Numbered from the whole stretch's first letter, positions 13,887-26,138 are shown. The stretch: 63,086 nucleotides of DNA, filler included, from Octopus bimaculoides (GCF_001194135.2; 8 parts of 8 records of this genome joined end to end with filler, not necessarily neighbours in it); one strand, 5' to 3'. The notes: a model not told the origin generated them from the letters alone. Numbers and translations: made by a program.

Positions 13887-15049
13887 GTCTTATGAACCAA
13901 AAATTTTTTCGGCCGGCTACAGCCGGGTTAGTAACGAAAGGGTTAAATAAGCTAAGTATGAATTTATAGGAGTACAAAAATTAGGTTTATTTCATAAAGG
14001 CAATTATAAAGTATCAAAATGATCAGGTAGGGTAGAATACCATAGAAAAGGAATAAAATAGCTTAATCACTAAAACATTGATGAAGTATATATACACCTT
14101 AGTGACATCAATAGAGAAGACTTATAGAAAATGTATAATAATTCAAGTAGTTAAACTAAAAATTGTTTATTTACTTATTTAGCTTGTATCTATAAAGACT
14201 AATACCTGGTATTAACTAAAGGAATATTGATGTTATAGGACATGCTAACTATATACTAATTATAAACTAAGAGGTATATTATAGGTTTTAAAAGTTTTCT
14301 GTTTGTTAATCCATACCTGATATTAGGGCTACTTACATACTACGATCAGGAGGGTGGAACACCTTAAGAAAGGGATAAATAAAGTAATTACTAAAACCTT
14401 ATGAAATTTGATCAACTCGACAGGAAAAAAATTTTCTACAGATAGTATACTAACCTTGTTTAGCACACTAACTTACTATACTATATAGCTTTTATTATAT
14501 TGTAATATATGCAATGTGCATTAATTTCAGACTAAAATATTAAAAGTAAGTATCCATCAAAATCAGTACAATCACAAGATCAATAAAGTGCTACTTTTGA
14601 AAATATTTAAAGGTACAGGTGACACTATGTACGCATGATACCCTAAGGTCTAATCTATTATTAATCAGGTTGCCTTTATCTTTATGCTTAAAAAATTCAT
14701 GTTTCCATAGAGCACAGCTCACACCCATATCTACTATTTCTATAAGGCTGTGCTTTTCTTATTATTTCCCATTTGAGGCTAAACCCAATTCTACTTTCCT
14801 TCAGTTCCAAAATTTTATTGGATAATGACGTACAATTCGCTTTATGTTTAAGTTTAAAGGACATGTGGTTGTATAGACGTCATTTCATATTAATCGAACA
14901 ACCAATGTATATAAAAATTATTAGTTGTAGTTATTATTGTACATTTATATATTACGTTCTGGGTAAGACAGCAGAATTTAACTCTACCGTTGCAACTAGG
15001 AGAATTATTACTATTAATATTTGCACTAGACTATGTACATTACTTTACA

Positions 15050-15789
15050 TGTTTTTCCAAAACAGGAAGTCTACATCAAATTTGGAAAGATATGGCAGTT
15101 GCAAATGATAAATGGTTTGAAGAAGTCATAAAGGACTATGTGGTTGAGTTGCTTGTGTCTTATAGAGAAAGTATATCTAATAAGGAAGTGATGCTTTTAG
15201 AACAAAAGCAAGCCGAGAATACAGATGAAAATAAGGAAATTCCACCAATTCCACATAAATTGACCACAAAAACTATTGCTAAAGGTTTGGCACTTGTGGA
15301 GAAAAGTCTGCAGAAAACAACTCTAATTGTGAACATAACAAATATTACAAGAGCTTCGTTCCTACACTGAGCTGTACAAAGAAATGATGTACCATAAATA
15401 TCAACAAGTTCTTTGCCCCTTAAGTAAATGATGATGATGAACTGTAAGATAATGTTCCTTGTCCACCAGTAATTTTCATTCAACTATCACCATCCCTCAT
15501 ACAGTATCTATTGTCGTAAGAATGTACCCTGTTGCCATATCATGATTCTTATTTATTCCCTACAAATTTCTCTTTAATGTTTTTTAAATATAAACATTGT
15601 ATTGTGAATGTTTAGAAATTATTTTTGTACATGAAAGTGGCTGTTGCTTAATTTTGTTGTTTATTCTTTTGAAAACATCTGTCAAAATGTCTTATCCCTT
15701 CATAACATGGAAACCAAAAGTATAATTAATTTCACGTTACAGCAAGTTTTTCAATAATTCATTACTCTCATAGTGCAGGGGATTCCTGT
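15050..15789 (+). mobile_element. Tigger/pogo 3' remnant
   Basis: VELLVSYRESISNKEVMLLE is a typical Tigger C-terminal segment. Homologous to 5690-6295 and ends in CCTG|TA. Confidence 0.7.
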
Positions 15790-17297
15790 ATTTCGTTGGA
15801 ATTTAGACATTATCAACGGGGAAGCTTTGCATGGATGTATATGCATGTGTATGTATGCATATGTGATTCTAATTGTATACTGAACTTCTTAAAAGTTTTA
15901 CATATTATAACAGTAACTTTAATAGCTTGTAGCTGCTATCTTGAGATTAAGTGTATTCTTTCTTTGTAAATTCCAGTTTCTCAAGATTAAAGCAGTTAAT
16001 CATGTAACAAAGTGCTCTAATAATTATTGGTAGAACTCTAAAATCATAGTTCAGATGTAGTACTAACCATTAACATTTATGTTGACATCTAGATTTCAAA
16101 TATTATGCATGGTTTCTTATCTCATTCAAGATCAACGTCTGGTCTTCCATTATACTGAAGTCATGACAAACACATTCCACCAGTATTTTCTCATATTACG
16201 TGGTTATGTGCTCCACATCACTGTAGCTTCCTATTTTTGTCTCAAGATTATCCTTTCTACAGATTTCTTTAGACAATATTCTAGCCACAACATTGTCTTA
16301 TAGGCTGGTAATACTATATTTTCTGATAGCTTATGACGTGATGACACCTCAGCATTAATTCTACAAAATCTGTATTGATTATCCCACCTAGATTGTTTAC
16401 TAGCATCCAAATCCCTTTTCTGCATCAGGTATTTTGTGATTATTTCTTGCTTTTGTACTGAAAGGCATATCCCAGTTGTTAATCAAAGATAGATTACTCT
16501 GGTTGTTAATATTGTTATTTTGAAACCTTCTGAAAATATAACCTGCATGACTGTTAGCTGTATGCATGCAATCCCTCTTTTAGTCACAGAATACCTTCTG
16601 AGAAAACTCCTTTCCAACTCATGATGTTCTCAGCCTCACATATGCAAACCTGATCCATGGATGGACTTTGATAGTGTCAAAGGGATATGATGCAACACCA
16701 AAAGACTGTTTGGATCAATATTAAACCTCTAAACAGAGGTATCTATGTCACTGCTGGTGAGGAAATTTCTGGTATATGTCAACAATTTAACATACATGTG
16801 TGTATTACTGCCATCATGGGAAAACCTGGCACTAGGTTAGCATTGTAAAAATGGTTGCTAGAAACACAGTAAGAAAAAAACAGGACATCCCCTTGTCCTC
16901 TTGACATAGAATATTAGTGAATCTCTGCTTCTCTTAAGTACAACAAATTAAAACTCAATTAATCCGACAATTTTGTGAAAATGTCTGCAACTCAAGCCTG
17001 CTATTAACTACATCATTCCACCATCATCTTTCCTGCGCCAGATAAAACTGCTAAATAACCTAATGCAGGGTCACCCTTAAAAACCCTTCATATCAAGTAA
17101 AGGTAAGTTAGCAATTGCTTAAAAGATAAGTATCAGAGTCGATAAGATCAACAAAAACTTCACGATAGTCTTCCAACATGGCCACAGTGTAATGATTGAA
17201 ATAAGAATAAAATAACAAATTTTAAAAATCTGAAAACAGAATTAAAGAAAGTGAAGTATAAAAATGTTAATTTATTTTATATGAAGTTCTTAAAGCT

Positions 17298-19415
17298 TTA
17301 GGCAAGGATATTAAACCGGTTTTCAGTATCAATATTCACCTCAGAATTATTGTCGGATAAATCTGAGTTTTCATGCTCAGCCATGTGTATTTTCTGAGAT
17401 TTTTTCTTTCGCTTTTTCTGAGACTTTTTTTTCATAGTCCGTTCTGCAATATAGCATGGTTTCAAAATCAAATGAAATGCATTATCACAAGAAATAAAAA
17501 GAGATTCAAACTCACTACCAGGAACCAACAAATTTGATAAGAATTCCTGAGGGTTTGCACGGCCACAAATTTCAAGAAATAAATTGCAAAGAAATGTTCC
17601 AGAAAATATGAAAGAGGGACTTGTTGCATAGAAAGGTTCTTGAAGCAGTTGATTCAGATGTAAGACATAGCGCAATGTAACTTGAAATTGATTGAAGTTA
17701 TGTACAACAGGGGTATTAATTTTAGTTTTCCAATCATATGATGGGTTTCCACAGAATTTTGTAAGATTTTGATTAATTTTACTTAAAATTTCATTACTTG
17801 CACCTTCAATAAGTTTATACATACTTTTCTGATTTCCAGCAGAGCTTTGAAGAAATACTTTTTTTGTCTCTGTTTTATCCTTTGAAATTTTTATCCACAA
17901 ATATATATTGCATACAACCAAAGCTGTCACCATAGCTTTATGAATTTGAGGGTTAGCATTCTTCACCCAATACACAATGGTAATAGCAACTATTTTTAAC
18001 TCTTCAGGAAATTCTTTTAAAAACTCCAAGTTTGAACCTAAGGTTAACAACATAATGTGGCATTTCATATCAAGAGTGGCTGATGAAATGTCACTCACTG
18101 ATGGGAGAGGCCCAAAGTTTGGAATGGTAAAAACTGGATTAATTTTTTTCTTTTTATAGTTACAGTCAACTCTGTCATATTCTTCAATAAATAATTTCTT
18201 AATTGATTCTTTTTCAACATTATCAAGAAGTAAAATACCATATATAACTTGTCTGATATAAGTGGAACATTCGTAGACAGATGGATAACTCATATGTTCA
18301 ATCTGACTCATTAGAATGATTCGCCGTAAGCGCACTAAATTAAGAAATGATACAGAAAGTTGACATCTTTTTAATCTGTGAATGAACCATTCTGGTAGAA
18401 TACAGTTGTGACAAAACTTTTTGAAACCTGGTGATTTAAAAACTAACTTGTCTGTTTCAAAATATTCTTTCATATCAAAAGAAGATTCCACACTAATATA
18501 ACTAGTAACTGATTTACTTATTAATGTTTGCAATTTTTTCCTCTCTGCAATTTTGAAAAAATTCAAAATATTTGTAATAGCTTCTTCAATGGAACTTTGA
18601 TTATGGAGCCAATATAAAAGTGAAAGAAACATAGTATTTTGCTTGCGACGAGCAATATTCAGACCAAAATTATCTGGAGCTTTCTTTATATTGCAAAAAA
18701 ATTTATCAAACACTCCTTTGGAACTAACATAATCATTCCCACAAAGTGTACTAAAAAGTGGCAGTAAACTTTTATCCAGTCCGGGAAACAAATCAATGAA
18801 ATTTTTGCAGAAATAAATTTGACATTCCAAAAACTTGTACATTTTGCCAGAACTTTCTTCTTTGAATGATTTGGGGTTGTAATCTACACTGTCCAACGTT
18901 ATAAATCCTCCAGTTACATCATAAATGTAAAAATCACTGTCGTTGCTAAGCACTGGACAATTCCATTGGTTAGCCAAAAGCATGAGTTGACTATCTGCTT
19001 CAAAATCTCCTACAACACAAGGAATGCCAAGATCTTTTATAACATTGAGAAATGTTTGAGAAGTCAGAGCTGGTGTAACACTTCCAGATCCTCCTCGTGC
19101 CAGAGACTGGGACATATGTATGCGCTGACGAGCTCTAGAGAGACATGTATTTAATTTTCGATTATCGGTTTCATAACCACCATCAAATACAAGATAAGGT
19201 GATATATTGCAAGTTTCAAAGGTCTTAAAATACATTTTGATTTTAGCAACGAATAAATGATAATCTCCACCACATCGGTAAGGTACTTTATGATGATGAT
19301 ATATAAAATGATACAAATTGTTAGCATCAATAACTATCTTGCAATCATGCAACCTATATTTGTTATCAAAACATTGCTGTGATTTAACAAAGGAAGCAAG
19401 TCCTGTGACACCCAT
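17298..19415 (-). CDS. ASTE1: Protein asteroid homolog 1 (XPG/FEN1-type PIN-fold nuclease), 705 aa, single coding exon
   Basis: Long clean ORF with XPG-N/XPG-I motifs: MGVxGL, IVIDANN, VFDGG, FEADSQL, VLSNDSDF, LCGNDY. Lys-rich C-terminus ending in NRFNIL, as recalled for asteroid/ASTE1. Polypyrimidine+AG acceptor at 19496-19515 lies 80 nt upstream of the ATG; AATAAA at 17271-17276 follows the stop. Confidence 0.93.
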   Translation of the reverse strand: MGVTGLASFVKSQQCFDNKYRLHDCKIVIDANNLYHFIYHHHKVPYRCGGDYHLFVAKIKMYFKTFETCNISPYLVFDGGYETDNRKLNTCLSRARQRIHMSQSLARGGSGSVTPALTSQTFLNVIKDLGIPCVVGDFEADSQLMLLANQWNCPVLSNDSDFYIYDVTGGFITLDSVDYNPKSFKEESSGKMYKFLECQIYFCKNFIDLFPGLDKSLLPLFSTLCGNDYVSSKGVFDKFFCNIKKAPDNFGLNIARRKQNTMFLSLLYWLHNQSSIEEAITNILNFFKIAERKKLQTLISKSVTSYISVESSFDMKEYFETDKLVFKSPGFKKFCHNCILPEWFIHRLKRCQLSVSFLNLVRLRRIILMSQIEHMSYPSVYECSTYIRQVIYGILLLDNVEKESIKKLFIEEYDRVDCNYKKKKINPVFTIPNFGPLPSVSDISSATLDMKCHIMLLTLGSNLEFLKEFPEELKIVAITIVYWVKNANPQIHKAMVTALVVCNIYLWIKISKDKTETKKVFLQSSAGNQKSMYKLIEGASNEILSKINQNLTKFCGNPSYDWKTKINTPVVHNFNQFQVTLRYVLHLNQLLQEPFYATSPSFIFSGTFLCNLFLEICGRANPQEFLSNLLVPGSEFESLFISCDNAFHLILKPCYIAERTMKKKSQKKRKKKSQKIHMAEHENSDLSDNNSEVNIDTENRFNILA

Positions 19416-19550
19416 TGTACTACAATTCTGATGTCAAAAATATTGGTCATTCAGCACTGTCATTTGTTTTCTCTGCCACACATACAATGTAAAATCTGTA
19501 AAAGAAAGAAAACTATGCATAAGTATTAATCATAATATTTAATCCTCCTC

Positions 19551-20115
19551 ATCATCATCTTCATTTAATGTCTGCTTTCCAATTGAAGGGCTGTTCAGGC
19601 TCCATGTCTGTTTTGGCATGGTTTCTATGGCTGGATGCCCTTCCTAACACCAAGTACTTTACAGAGTATACTAGGTGCTTTAAATGCAGCACCAGCACAG
19701 GAGTGTTTACATAACACTAGCACTCATGAGCCCAAAAGGTTAGGAATGCTTAGCTGGAGAGCAATGCAGGGAACAGCCTGTATGCAAAGACAACCATGCT
19801 TTTACTTAGCTTGACATGTCATTTCAAGCACAGCAAACCACTGGGAGACTTAGTCCCCTGTCATCAGGTATGTGAGTCTCAACATCTGTAGATCCTTTTT
19901 CACCACTTCGTCCCATGTCTTCCTGGGTCTACCCCTTCCACATGTTCTTTCAACAATTTGAGATTGGCACCTCTTGATGCAGCTGTCTTCATTCATATGC
20001 ATTACATGGCCATACCAGTGCAATAATCTCTCTTGTATACTACATCTGATGCTATGTGTACCCAGTTTTCCTCTTAAGTTACTTACATTCTGTTGTATAT
20101 GCACATTGACATTAT
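19551..20115 (-). mobile_element. RTE LINE 3' end in the ASTE1 5' intron
   Basis: ERLLHWYGHVMHM...GRGRPRKTWDEVVKKDL followed by a diverged 3' UTR and (GAT)n tail. Confidence 0.85.
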
Positions 20116-21000
20116 GCATAATAAATAAGGGAATGTAAATAAGTACAGACAGTAGTGTGGAAGGTATTAATGTAAAAATATAAATTGAAAAAATACAATA
20201 TGACTAAAAAGAGAAAGGTTCACACAGACTTCCATTTGGACATGTTGCAAAGTAAACAAAAATATCTAATTCAAGACTGGAGTTCATTTTCATGCCAAAC
20301 TCAAAATCAAAACTGTGCTGAAACTGAGGATATCTTTTTATTTTTCTCAAATCTATCTAGAAGGGAACATAGAAATGTAGTAAATTTGTATTTCAATGAA
20401 ACAGAATGGAGAAAGAAACAAGGTGTTAAGAGAGGCAATCATTTATAATTAATCCGTATTATCATGAATATATTTGAGATAAATCAACCTGATTAGTATT
20501 TAACTAGAAAGTTTTTCAATAATGTACAATTTGTTAAAGGCAGAAACCATGAGGAANNNNNNNNNNNNNNNNNNNNNNNNNNNNNNNNNNNNNNNNNNNN
20601 NNNNNNNNNNNNNNNNNNNNNNNNNNNNNNNNNNNNNNNNNNNNNNNNNNNNNNNNNNNNNNNNATGGAGTTATCACATTAATTTACATCCCAAATAGAA
20701 ATTGTGTATTTGTATTATGATAAGACATGATTTTGTCAGAGGTTACCTGGATGCTATATAACTGCCACTCTTTTTTAATTTAGCTAACGAGAAGTTTAGC
20801 ACAAGGCTACAGAAAAAAACCCACTGTGATGAATAAAAGATTAATTTCAACACTCAGAATAGAAGTATGATAGTTACATATAAGTATTAACATCAGTGTA
20901 AGACTTGAGTAAAAAGTGTTATTTCAAATTTAGAGCTGAGTGTTTTTTCATCAAAAGAAGAAGCTCAGATATTGTGATGTCATTTTGACCATACTACAGT

Positions 21001-21935
21001 TCATCATCATCATCATCGTTTAATGTCCGCTTTCCATGCTATCATGGGATGGACGATTTGACTAAGGACTGGCGAACTAGAGTTTCTACAACTGGATGCC
21101 CTTCCTAACGCTAACCACTCTGAGAGTGTAGTGGGTGCTTTTACATGCCATCGGCACGAAGGCCAGTCAGGCAGTACTGGCAACGGCCATGCTTAAATGG
21201 TGTTATTTACGTGCCACCTGCACAGGAGCCAGTTCAGTGGCACTGGCAACGACCTTGCTTGAATGTTTTTCCGTGCCAGTAAGGCAACGCTGGTAACGAT
21301 CACACTCAAATGGTGCTTTTCATGTGCCACAGGAACAAGACAGCTGCTCTAGCAATGATCACGCTCAGATGGTGTTGTTAGTGCACTACTGGCATGGGTG
21401 CCAGTCATCGAGTTTGGTTCGATTTCGATTTCACTTGTCTCAACACGTCTTCGCAAGTGTAGTTTTAGTGTCCAATGAAGGAGAGGTACGCATAAGTGGG
21501 CTGGCTACACCCCTGGCAAAGGCCACGGGTTATGGTCTCACTTGGCTTGCCGGGTCTTCTCACACACAGCATATTTCCAAAGGTCTCGGTCACTAGTCAT
21601 TGCCTCGGTGAGGCCTAATGTTCGAAGGTTGTGCTTCATCACCTCATCCCAGGTGTTCCTCTTCCACAGGTTCCCTCAACGGTGTCACACTTTTTCACAC
21701 AGCTATCCTTATCCATTCTCGCTACATGACCATACTTGCACACCACAACTGATGCTTCTTAGGTCCAACTTTTCTCTCAAGGTACTTACACTCTGTCAAG
21801 TATGCACACTGACATTACACATCCATCGGAGCTTACTGGCTTCATTCCTTGCAAGCTTGCGCATGTCCTCAGCAGTCACGGCCCATGTTTCACTGCCATG
21901 TAGCATGGCTATAGAATATTATATTACAAGATTTT
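21001..21935 (-). mobile_element. RTE LINE 3' end (ORF end, 3' UTR with internal repeats, (GAT)n tail)
   Basis: Antisense frame resembles the WYGHV...GRPRKTWDEV region. Continues into the GGAAAGCGGACATTAAACGATGATG tail shared by many copies. Confidence 0.85.
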
Positions 21936-23059
21936 AAGCCTCACCCTCACTGAGGAGCTTTCCTGAACACAATCTTCTACTTAGCCATGACTGAGTTATA
22001 AAGTACTTTAGCACCCAACAAATACTCACCTAACACAAAGCTAATCTTGCCCGTTACCAATTTTATCTTCTCACACACACACTATTAAATTAAATTAGGT
22101 TGTCATCTTGCCATTGAAGGATGTTTTCATGGTCTCAACATGTAGAAAATAACTGTAACGTAGGAAATTAGGAGTCCATATTGGTGATCATCATGTAGAT
22201 ACAGGAACTAAAGTTGGTGAGGTTTTTTTACTTCTTGCTGACACTAGTTATGATTGTTTAGCCATAGTTTAGCACAGACTGAATAAACCTATGATCAAAA
22301 CCGTTCTGACCATGACTATTCCATCTCGTTCTCTTGCTTTGCTTATCCAAGTTTACGTTTGGCGATGTATCCCCAGTGATCCCTGCATATTATAGGCGTA
22401 AAATACAAGTAGAAACCAAAATGACAATACAATTACAAACGTCATTAAACACAATAATGCTTCAAATTTGTATACTTAACTATATGTGCATTAAACTACA
22501 AGTAGGAAAGTAACGTTTGATCGGCAGAATTCTGGCTTAATTACCCCATGCAACACCTCATAAACGAGAATTCCAATGTTTGATCTAATAGAGGAGAGAC
22601 TCCACTAAATTGTTGTTGTATAGGCGATAAAACAAGAAACCCTGTCTATAACTCTCAAAGAGAATTTAGTGGTACAACCACTACATAAGATCAATTGGTG
22701 AACTCCATAGAGAAATCATTAAAAAACTTTTGAAGTTGAGTACACCTCTGTCAATAAGACACTTACTCATGTTAAGCATATTATTTATGTTTAAAAAAAC
22801 TTGATAATACATATTTGGGGAACCCGAAGCATCATTGCTTGTTTCTTAAAAAATATTGTCCTGAAATTCATTTTTGTATTGTATTCTGTTATACTTGCTA
22901 CTGTTTGTATTTTTGGTTCTGGCATAACTACAGATTCCTGCCCGCCCCCACGACATTCGATGATCATAACTTTCAGAAAAATGACTTGTTCCGAAACACC
23001 CTCGAGTGGGGAACGGTCCTCAAAAGTAACACCCAATTGTTTTCTCCCAAAATTCCTAT

Positions 23060-23323
23060 GTTCTCGGAATCTTCATAGTTCGAGGTATATTTGTAGAAAA
23101 TTTCATAAAAAAATATCTATTTTCTTGAAAGTTAAGACGAATTGAAGTGGAGGCCAGTGAATTTTCCGAAATTCTCCACCCCACCCCTCCTAAAACACTT
23201 TTCCCCAAAAGTTTTGTATATTCGGAATCTACATGATATAACACATATTCGTAGAAAATTTCATAAAAAAATATCTATTTTCTTGAAAGTTAAGACGAAT
23301 TGAAGTGGAGGCCAGTGAATTTT
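23060..23323 (+). repeat. ~157-bp tandem repeat running into a gap
   Basis: A 72-bp block at 23093 recurs at 23251. Confidence 0.75.
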
Positions 23324-23423
23324 NNNNNNNNNNNNNNNNNNNNNNNNNNNNNNNNNNNNNNNNNNNNTTAATTAATTAANNNNNNNNNNNNNNNNNNNNN
23401 NNNNNNNNNNNNNNNNNNNNNNN

Positions 23424-23530
<107 letters not shown>

Positions 23531-23965
23531 GACAGATGTGTGTGGCTATGTGGTAAGAAGTCTGCTTTCCAACAACATAGTTCTGAGTTCATTCCCACTG
23601 CTTGCACCTCAGTCAAGTGTCTTCTGCTAAAGCCTTGTGAGTGCATTTGTCGGACGGAAACTGAAAGAAGCCTATCGATATATAAATACATATATATTCT
23701 TGTGTGTATACCTTTGTGTCTGTGTTTGTCAGCTCCCCACCCCCACCCCACTACCACCACTACCACCACTTGACAACTGGTGTTGGTGCATTTACATATC
23801 TGTAACTTAGCAGTTCAGCAAAAGAGAATGATAGACTAAGTACGAGGGTTTAAAAAAAAAAAAAAAATAATAATAAATACTAACGTTGATTTGCAAGACT
23901 GAAATTTTTCAAGGTGGTACCCCAGCATGGTTGTAGTCTAATGACTAAAACAAGAATAACAGATA

Positions 23966-24652
23966 CCAAAAAGAAGATGAGAAGAGTTTCTTACAATGCA
24001 AAGAGGAAAGTTGAGTAGCCTTTGTATAGCACAAAGGCCTACTCATCATCATCATCATCGTTTAACGTCCGCTTTCCATGCTAGCATGGGTTGGACGATT
24101 TGACTGAGGACTGGTGAAACCGGATGGCATCACCAGGCCCCAATCTGATTTGGTAGAGTTTCTACAGCTGGATGCCCTTCCTAACACCAACCACTCAGAG
24201 AGTGTAGTGGGTGCTTTTTACGTGCCACCAGCACGAAGGCCAGTCAGGCGGTACTGGCAACGGCAACGGCCACGCTCAAAATGGTGTATTTTATGTGCCA
24301 CCCGCACAAGAGCCAGTCCAGTGGCACTGGCAACGATCTCGCTCGAAAATCCTTACACATGTGACGGGCACAAGTGCCAGAAAGGCGACGCTGGGCACAG
24401 GTGCTATCCCGATTTCGCTTTCTCGATCCTCTTGCGAAGACTTGTTGAGGCAAGTGAAATCGAGCCTACTATGAGAAGATATACACAAATTCATGCAGAT
24501 CTTGTCATTTAGATTGCCCAACGGCAAGATCTACTTAAATTCACATTTCTTAACCATGTTCTTCTGATGATGGGCCTTTGTGCCTGAAATACATAAAGGG
24601 CACCCAACTTTCCTCTTTGCATTGTAAGAAACTCTCCTCGTTTCCTTTTTGG
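23966..24652. repeat. ~85-bp inverted repeat pair (23966-24047 / 24563-24652) enclosing an RTE insertion
   Basis: 30-nt perfect inverted core GAGTTTCTTACAATGCAAAGAGGAAAGTTG. Confidence 0.8.
24043..24465 (-). mobile_element. 5'-truncated RTE 3' end with a short terminal inversion
   Basis: Same tail family as 21001. 24431-24463 is the reverse complement of 21425-21457. Confidence 0.8.
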
Positions 24653-25613
24653 TTTGTTATCCTACTTCTGTATCACAATGCTTCAAGCTAACTATAAAGC
24701 TTCTCTTTCATATATGTGAATATTTATGTATTAGCTATTGATTGATGTACAAATAAAACTGCATTTGATGCCTTTATGTGGTGCTTGGGTGTGGCTTGAA
24801 ACAGATTACCCCCTATTTATATGAATGGTAAGCGAGAAAATAATGCAATTTTTATTTGTATCACTTTGTGATCAATTCTCATATATGACGACCCAAGGAG
24901 AACGAAGTCTGACTGACCAGCTACAACCTTGGCCAGAGGGAGAAAGAAGTTTACTGTCAGCCACTGTGAGACAACATCGCACACATTATAACTAATACGA
25001 GCTCGCATCCTCTTCTCTATAACCCTACCATCTCTCTCTATATATAAACACTACTATGAAAAAGTATACATACAGATACAGGCCGAAATTCTTAACCTTG
25101 TATGCTTTACGTACAAACTGTTATACTATTACACTAACCTACCCGTCGTGGTATGGCAACATATAAAGTAACGGTAAATAAATATTTCTATAAAAATGTT
25201 GATCATCTTCATCGTTCATCTTATAACCAGTACAATTGGTAATTAATACTTATCATTACAATGGGTGACACATCGACTACACAACACAAAAACATCAACC
25301 GTTATATATGTATTATGATAAAACACGAAAATGCAAAGAAAAATTGCATTATTTACTGACTGAATTTCAAATGTATTTCGGGAGAGAAGCTAAGTCAATT
25401 ACAATGACCACTGTACTTAACTAGTATTTACTTTGGTGACCCAGAAAGGTGAAAGGTAAAGCTGACCATGGTAGAATTTGAACTCAGAACATAAAGATGG
25501 ATGAAACGCTGATAAGTAATGAAAACAAGACATTTGTACTCAGAGCTCGAACCGGTTTCAGCCGGGTTGGTAACAAAAGGGTTAAATGATAATGATGATG
25601 ATGATTGTCTTAC

Positions 25614-25675
25614 CAATTTTGAACAATAAAATTCTGTAGTGGCGCGAAATTATAGCCGCCATTGAGGAAGTACTA
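25614..25675 (-). other. Candidate first exon of ASTE1
   Basis: Minus-strand donor G|GTAAGA at 25613-25608 just downstream of the motif cluster. The next clear minus-strand acceptor is 19496. Intervening exons are not excluded and the TSS is approximate. Confidence 0.5.
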
Positions 25676-25732
25676 TTTTGCGCATGCGCAGGGGACTTCA
25701 CCACCGGAAGCCCCTCGAGTTGCGCATGCGTA
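25652..25732. promoter_or_regulatory. Candidate bidirectional promoter
   Basis: GCCGCCATT (YY1-like, 25655-25663), TGCGCATGCGCA (NRF1 palindrome, 25679-25690), CCGGAAG (ETS, 25704-25710), TGCGCATGCGTA (25721-25732). CpG-rich island in AT-rich DNA with donors on both sides (minus 25613, plus GTGAGT 25771). Confidence 0.6.
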
Positions 25733-26138
25733 GTAAAACTCATACTTAAACGGTTAGTTTCACTTTCTCGGTGAGTTGAGCTCAGACCTTCTCCATGACA
25801 ACACCTCACTCCTCCATGAAGCACTTTTCACCATAATGCCTTCGATGGTGATAGCTACTTGCTTCTCTGGCAGGCATCAAGGAAGACCTTAACCTTCCAT
25901 TACCAAACTACAATTTAATCAGCGGCTGCTAAGCTGAATGACAGAAATTGTATAATCAAGTATCATCTTAAATAAAACCTTTTTATTATATTGTAAATTG
26001 TTCTGATGTCTCTTCATTTATAATGCTGTTAAAAGGTGATAGAGAGAGACTAAAGTCTCTATGACAACTATCAAACTTTTACAATCCTTTTTTCTTCTTT
26101 GAAAATTCTCACCACTGATGTTTTTTTTTATATTCCAG

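Noticed and set aside
13950-14600. AT-rich block as a NUMT or viral insert
   Set aside because: I recognise no mitochondrial or viral gene motif; a BLAST search would be needed.
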